Below are positions 45,201-49,486 of a stretch of DNA of 49,486 nucleotides, piece by piece; positions within the stretch are counted from its first letter, which is position 1, and each line of letters starts with the position of its first letter. The translations under genes and the position numbers were made by a program. The notes under the pieces were generated by a model, which was given only the letters and a program-made list of their open reading frames with translations, made no database searches and was not told the DNA's origin. Source of the stretch: a virus (lineage: Duplodnaviria > Caudoviricetes); the IMG/VR virus record IMGVR_UViG_3300011338_000733, positions 1 to 49,486 of that record. One strand, given 5' to 3'.

Positions 45201-46378
45201 GTAGTTTCACTACCTAACCAATTTAAAGCAAGAGAAGAAGTAACAGAAACATTTTGATAAGGCTTTACTTTATTGTATTTAGGCCATGCAAAAGATTCAG
45301 ATGAATAATATAAATAGTATTCATAGATGTCAAAATTTTCTACTATATTAGATACAGAAGTTTGTAATGTGGTTATCGTATTTGACTTAACTGTAGCGTT
45401 ACCAACTATAGCTGATTGACTTATGATCTGACTATTATAGTTTTCAATCAGACTCATTTTATATACAAAATTGTTTACTCTTTCAGTTGCACTGGAGAAA
45501 TGAACAAAGTTGCTAAAATCTGTAAAATCTAAGTTAATGCTTATCGCTTTATCTTGATAGTAACTAGCTAACTGTCTAAAAGAAGAAGTGACTGGACTTG
45601 CTAATAAAGACGCATAAGTATAATAAGGAGTAGTTTGCGTATTTTTCTCTCCTATCCTTACATTAAAGTTTGGTCCTCTTAGTGAGTTCTGGGTTGATGA
45701 TACCTCTGCTTGAATTTGTATTTCTACATCGTAGCTAACAGACTCTGATATGTCATCGTATATCCAGAGCTGCGTCTTCACATCATAATCAAATGGAAGA
45801 GGTTCATAAAGCTTAACTACTAAATACGTGCCAGTGTCGTCTGTAACAGTTGTGGCATTTATTGCAATAAGCTGATCATTATTACCAAAGTTTAGATAAA
45901 AATCTGGGTAATAGTTTTTTAAACTTATATAAGCTTGGTACTGATTAAATCCATTTATAATATCTAAATTTGATATTGTCTGTGAACTTAATTTTAATTC
46001 TGTTCTTGATGGAGATATTTCTTTTATCCAAAACCTTCTTAAGTCAGAAGAATTAAATAAATTTTTATGAAACTCGTATTGTATATTAAAAGATCCTCTA
46101 TCAAATCCCAAAGTTTTTGCATCAGCTACCGGATCTATAAGTATTTTATCAAACTTTCCTGTAACAGGATCTATAATTTGATAAGGAGTATAGCCTCTAT
46201 AATCGTAAACTGAGGTTAGAAGATTTTCATTTACATCGTATACAAATAATTCTACTCGATCATTAGGATCTCCAAAAGACATATTTATGTAATTCGAAGA
46301 AACTAAACTCTCATCTCTTAGAGTGTAATTTTGTAAAGTCTTTCCTTGTCCAGAATATATTACGTTAACTATTTCCAC
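42212..46378 (-). CDS. Large baseplate wedge protein (T4 gp7/P2 gpI-like motif)
   Basis: LPYLLKSRGTQRSIKALISIYG and IKDFVPAR motifs; 1388 aa in a baseplate operon. Confidence 0.65.
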   Translation of the reverse strand: MEIVNVIYSGQGKTLQNYTLRDESLVSSNYINMSFGDPNDRVELFVYDVNENLLTSVYDYRGYTPYQIIDPVTGKFDKILIDPVADAKTLGFDRGSFNIQYEFHKNLFNSSDLRRFWIKEISPSRTELKLSSQTISNLDIINGFNQYQAYISLKNYYPDFYLNFGNNDQLIAINATTVTDDTGTYLVVKLYEPLPFDYDVKTQLWIYDDISESVSYDVEIQIQAEVSSTQNSLRGPNFNVRIGEKNTQTTPYYTYASLLASPVTSSFRQLASYYQDKAISINLDFTDFSNFVHFSSATERVNNFVYKMSLIENYNSQIISQSAIVGNATVKSNTITTLQTSVSNIVENFDIYEYYLYYSSESFAWPKYNKVKPYQNVSVTSSLALNWLGSETTIPSQYTSSLLYSASLYDDTNKDILRGTMPQYIYDDANNQPYVTFVDMMGQHFDNIWVYYKDVTNRFNATNDPNTGISIDMVSDALKGMGMELYTNTNVSDNVYYDLFGYNYDGSLLPPTGSEKIDTYVTSSLITQGSKVLQQEIYKRIYHNLPYLLKSRGTQRSIKALISIYGIPENILTVNEFGGYDRSLIDGVDSINNNKVTAITSSLHISSSVLSPYSTLQYYNNNSRRNSTNIEVGFSIADVLNDNITSSLGYFDIDQLIGNPKDQYSSSYTPLVSASNSYFSAYTQPHSVWEYIRLIKYFNNSLFKTIKDFVPARANLSTGIIVKSHILERNKYARHEPSASIDQMSQSIDMLTLSAEPGNIFSGSNTNWNAVEITPVGLVPISSSQNVEKLTGQFGGTEIVVTNGDALSQAENSNNASVGLVSVTPSALFQNVSQSVRSNRFFDLDYNFNQLVPTNFGIVTQSISNSISNNYNTYTNPNSPYAYVQDYNYATRHFTDPRYYGSNTISAKYNTYTVGDMSYGKTAAIDKIKYQYAYLVDIYSSSLFFPNRSNAQIKYLIDNNQNVLDLTKVNTNIFEVQNVYKSGENVDVSLFKYDEKNPYSQQLANNPTLQIFEGGFRYLPILHNISGSAVTQTYNLTSPIEITITAGGGSTPSDAVLLPANWTMSWIVTETPTEPCDTSQFDIYLKATYNNGNVPYNVNVEASITLPEDPSTGTYVARVVYISVLNGTSNNNIQVSYISAYTAKSCGGGTSTAIIGSAASSTYWPTAISEGYVYIQGIISRGGGGGTGGGSSTLTYYTPFITSSQPCLYFISESNQVVFNSELAYYYSNGITFDSFSDPAFTASLLDNVLLPFTLNTGDRISFYDSASRLGWNENFEYTIKNVIFTGSGVTGSRIYSELDRPVNLALFSSGSTVPTESFSGARWRACRYIVWKHVPDETNVMLRYNPKDSSIVEEGLLFPQYISEEVKTNSGNTVKSLRAQNLLPPSP

Positions 46379-46379
46379 G

Positions 46380-46721
46380 TTATATTAAATTATTTATAGT
46401 TGTGAAAGTCTGATTCAAATCTAATAATTGTTGTCTAAGAGCATTAATCTCTTCTATAAGAGCTTGCTTTTCTATATCTATCACTGATCCACCAATGTAT
46501 TGTTGACTTTGTTGAACAAGGTATGTATGTGAATTTATATCTCCATCTACAGGTATATCATAAAACAATTGATCGTAATAATCAAAGAATTGTGATACTG
46601 TTATTCCTGTATCTGGAACATTTATTACAGGAGTTACTAGTTCACTAAAACTATTATCTATTGCACTTTCGTACTCACGAGCATTATATATTTTTTTTAC
46701 TAGAGATACTTGATTTGCCAT
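46380..46721 (-). CDS. Small structural-operon protein with a C-terminal coiled coil
   Basis: Context; IEEINALRQQLLDLNQ. Confidence 0.65.
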   Translation of the reverse strand: MANQVSLVKKIYNAREYESAIDNSFSELVTPVINVPDTGITVSQFFDYYDQLFYDIPVDGDINSHTYLVQQSQQYIGGSVIDIEKQALIEEINALRQQLLDLNQTFTTINNLI

Positions 46722-47830
46722 TATCTAGTTATTTTAAAAATACAATCATTATCGACATCTATAGTTTCTCCTGTAGGTAAAGTAGTCTTTACTAATAGTT
46801 TGTAGTACCTTTCTGGTTCTAAACCATTTAGATAAAGATTTGCAAAACTTCCGTTTTGATCATAACTAACTTTAGTAAAGTTGGTATCAAAATCAACTAC
46901 CATATCTGTAGTTTTTAGATCTTGTATAGCCCAATAAGTAGATTGTGGAAGTCTTTTATTTGTCGTATACAAAGAAGAAGTTGTAAATACTCTAGTTGGA
47001 TATTTGTCTCTAGCATTTATCCTAAACTTGACCTTCTCTGTTTGTATTTTATAAAGGCCTTGATTATTTCCTATAGTAACTACAAAATCAGAATTGGATA
47101 TCTCAGATAAACTTCCAGTATATGAGCTATCATCCCATTTCATTTCTAAAGTAGGAGGATATATAGTGTGAGTATCTACGCTAAAGAAGCTAAGTCCTAT
47201 ATAGCTATCAGGATTATTTTCTATAGATGAAGTTAGTTTTAGTAAAATTCCATTATTATTAGAACCACTAAACCATGAATTTACTATTTCAGTAACATCT
47301 ACATTAATATCTTTTGAAGAATTATTATCAAATGACTGAGATCCGTAATAAGATCCTGTCCATGATCCTCCTCCAGGAGTCATAAAATACTGATTAGGGA
47401 CAGAAGCCCAAGATGAAGCAGAGGTATAATAAGATGAAGTGCTATACCAGCAAACTCCATTTCTTGTTTCTGGAGAATCTTGAAAATGACCAGTTCCCAT
47501 ATCCCAAGATTGAGATATTTGTCTAGCTTCTATTAAATAATCTGTAGATAAATTATCTGCAGTGGCTAAGTATAATTTTAATCCTGTTTTCCAAGATCCA
47601 GTAACAAAAGATTTTATTTTTATTAAATCATCATTACTAAATTTTATAAGAGATCTTCTAAGATCATCATATAAAAGTGGAGAAGTAGGAACAGACTCAA
47701 CTAAAGAATTAGCTGGATTGTCATTATTTTTTGTAGCAATTTCTAATATAGAATCAAGACCAGTGTTTTGAGCTGGATACTTTGAGTATATTGTTGCATC
47801 TGACGAAGGGAATATTTTATATACTGCCAT
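46721..47830 (-). CDS. Structural protein with a DNRLRE/CBM96-like N-terminal domain
   Basis: DATIYS..P..NTG, RSLIKF, LKLY, W..GTG, VDVT.IV..W, NNGILLK, F.S.D...P.LE. Confidence 0.55.
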   Translation of the reverse strand: MAVYKIFPSSDATIYSKYPAQNTGLDSILEIATKNNDNPANSLVESVPTSPLLYDDLRRSLIKFSNDDLIKIKSFVTGSWKTGLKLYLATADNLSTDYLIEARQISQSWDMGTGHFQDSPETRNGVCWYSTSSYYTSASSWASVPNQYFMTPGGGSWTGSYYGSQSFDNNSSKDINVDVTEIVNSWFSGSNNNGILLKLTSSIENNPDSYIGLSFFSVDTHTIYPPTLEMKWDDSSYTGSLSEISNSDFVVTIGNNQGLYKIQTEKVKFRINARDKYPTRVFTTSSLYTTNKRLPQSTYWAIQDLKTTDMVVDFDTNFTKVSYDQNGSFANLYLNGLEPERYYKLLVKTTLPTGETIDVDNDCIFKITR

Positions 47831-47840
47831 TTTCTTTTTA

Positions 47841-49484
47841 TTACATTGTTACTACTCTACCTTGAATATCTGAATTTGGATATTTAACTTCGAATATGCT
47901 TGGATCTAAAGACGGATATATAACGTTGTTTAATACAGCTCCAGGTATATCATAGCTAAATTCAGAGTATCCATTAGAAACTCCTGTTTTATTTACTATT
48001 TCTACCTTTTTAACTGTTTGAACTCCTACAACTTGATCAAGCAAAGTATAAACATCTGATAGTTGTAAAGGTTCGTTGATTTGCCAGTTATCTATATTAA
48101 AATAATCTTGTAGTTGAATTAAACATCTAGAGATAACATCTTGACTAGTATAATTTGGTCTTACAGTTATATCAAAATTACAACCTATATTAATTATGTA
48201 TGCAGGTTTTATATTAACCGCATCAGTCATCATCCTATATTCAGAGATGTAAGTTTGTAAATTTTGAGTAAGCGCAGATGAAGGTACAGCTAGATTTCCA
48301 TTACTATTAAGACCTAAAACATACATACTAACTAAGATTTGATCTTTTTGATTAGGATCATCATTATTGTAGTTTGTAAAAGTTCCATCGTCTTTTGTGA
48401 TAAACGCCTTAGCTATTTTTCCAAATTTAGCAGGCATACTTAATGCTCTTGCTAAATAGTCTTCTTGTGTAACTGCTCTTAATTGACTTGAGAACTCTAC
48501 TGCTATATTCTGTCTTAATTCTTCTACTGTATCTCCATCACCTCCGCCAGAGGCAGGGTTAGGATTATTAGTCACTACTGTAGTAGTATCACCAGATCCG
48601 GCACTAATTGAAGTAGGAATTGTTAATTGATTAGAAAGAACATTATATTCTGATCCTCCGCCTGCTAAATAAGATATAGTAAGAGTAGTATTTTGAGGAG
48701 CTAATCCATAAGTCTGTGTAGTTACAAAGTTAGTTGGATCAAATGCGGTATTTAATAGAGTCAATCCAGTAGTGAGTCCCACACCAACACTGTTAGGATT
48801 TGGAATGACTGCTGAATCGGCTACTGAATTTATTCCTGGTCCAAACTCTAAAACTAGCGTATTATCAGTTTTAAATCTTGTAGTAAATCTTCTAGGAACA
48901 TTAACCTTTTGTAACATATATGGTACTTGATTAGCATATTGATACAAAGAAGGATAGTTCAATGCTGTATTTTCTACAGGATTAAGTATGTAATCTTGAG
49001 CCAAATAAGGAACTTCATACCATACATTATTACTAGAATCTACTACTTTAAGAACTGATATGATGTCACTGTCTTGTACAGTAATTGTAGAATATCTTTG
49101 CGCGTTTCCAAAAGTAGAAGTAGTAGTTTTAACTTGACCAGATAAAGCTTGAGTACCTTTCTTTAAAAGATAGCTTGTAGGATTTCCAGATCCATCTATA
49201 GTGTATACACTAACATCAGTTGGATCCATTGAAGAAGATATTGTAAAGTCTACTTTATTAGGAACATAAAAAGAAACATTGTTATTTATGTTCGATTTTA
49301 CTTGCATTCCAGGTTGAATTGTAATAGCTGAAGACCAATCTGGATAAGTATTTGGAGTGCTACCTAGAGCGTTAACTCTCATGTAAACATCTAGATCTAC
49401 TATAGCAGCAGATACAACTTTAGGTCTATAACCAAGCATATATGCCATGGTATACAAGTTATTCTTTTGCTTAGCATACTGCAA
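47841..49484 (-). CDS. Baseplate wedge protein, T4 gp6-like (5' end beyond the window)
   Basis: A..LGY.P, FG.G, Y..GGG, ASGG.D.D..EELR...F.SQ.RAVT..DY motifs. Confidence 0.85.
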   Translation of the reverse strand: MQYAKQKNNLYTMAYMLGYRPKVVSAAIVDLDVYMRVNALGSTPNTYPDWSSAITIQPGMQVKSNINNNVSFYVPNKVDFTISSSMDPTDVSVYTIDGSGNPTSYLLKKGTQALSGQVKTTTSTFGNAQRYSTITVQDSDIISVLKVVDSSNNVWYEVPYLAQDYILNPVENTALNYPSLYQYANQVPYMLQKVNVPRRFTTRFKTDNTLVLEFGPGINSVADSAVIPNPNSVGVGLTTGLTLLNTAFDPTNFVTTQTYGLAPQNTTLTISYLAGGGSEYNVLSNQLTIPTSISAGSGDTTTVVTNNPNPASGGGDGDTVEELRQNIAVEFSSQLRAVTQEDYLARALSMPAKFGKIAKAFITKDDGTFTNYNNDDPNQKDQILVSMYVLGLNSNGNLAVPSSALTQNLQTYISEYRMMTDAVNIKPAYIINIGCNFDITVRPNYTSQDVISRCLIQLQDYFNIDNWQINEPLQLSDVYTLLDQVVGVQTVKKVEIVNKTGVSNGYSEFSYDIPGAVLNNVIYPSLDPSIFEVKYPNSDIQGRVVTM

Positions 49485-49486
49485 GA

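Noticed and set aside
1-49486. Stop-codon recoding, as in some Bacteroidota phages
   Set aside because: Genes are intact and densely packed under code 11, TAG and TGA end well-defined genes, and no suppressor tRNA was seen.

Overview
This is a ~49.5 kb segment of a large, AT-rich tailed phage genome, probably a jumbo myovirus, read in the standard genetic code. A Bacteroidota host, possibly Chitinophagaceae, is inferred from TAnnTTT-type promoters, SD-less A-rich leaders, a Bacteroidota-like GcvH and a Chitinophagaceae-style 'LPxxLxxF' domain. The + strand (1-34 kb) carries the thyA 3' end, many small early genes grouped behind four copies of a ~115-bp promoter repeat, uvsE, a RadA/Sms-like ATPase, gcvH and DUF945. 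It also carries late-motif genes with a shared N-terminal leader ending in L-x-E (HEXXH peptidase, GNAT, ADP-ribosyltransferase, five copies of one paralogous domain), a tRNA/ncRNA cluster and a putative DNA base-modification trio. The - strand (34-49.5 kb) is a baseplate/tail operon. The three strongest candidates for undescribed biology are: (1) a mucin-like Thr-rich baseplate/tail protein directly followed by a coupled cassette of peptide-O-glycosyltransferase-like, GT6, GT-A and sugar O-methyltransferase genes, apparently inserted into and splitting a structural gene, suggesting virion mucin-type O-glycosylation; (2) a set of probably capsid-packaged enzyme effectors; (3) a family of tRNA-like RNAs with conserved acceptor and T arms but absent or remodelled anticodon arms. 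All family assignments come from motif recognition by eye; no database searches were run.
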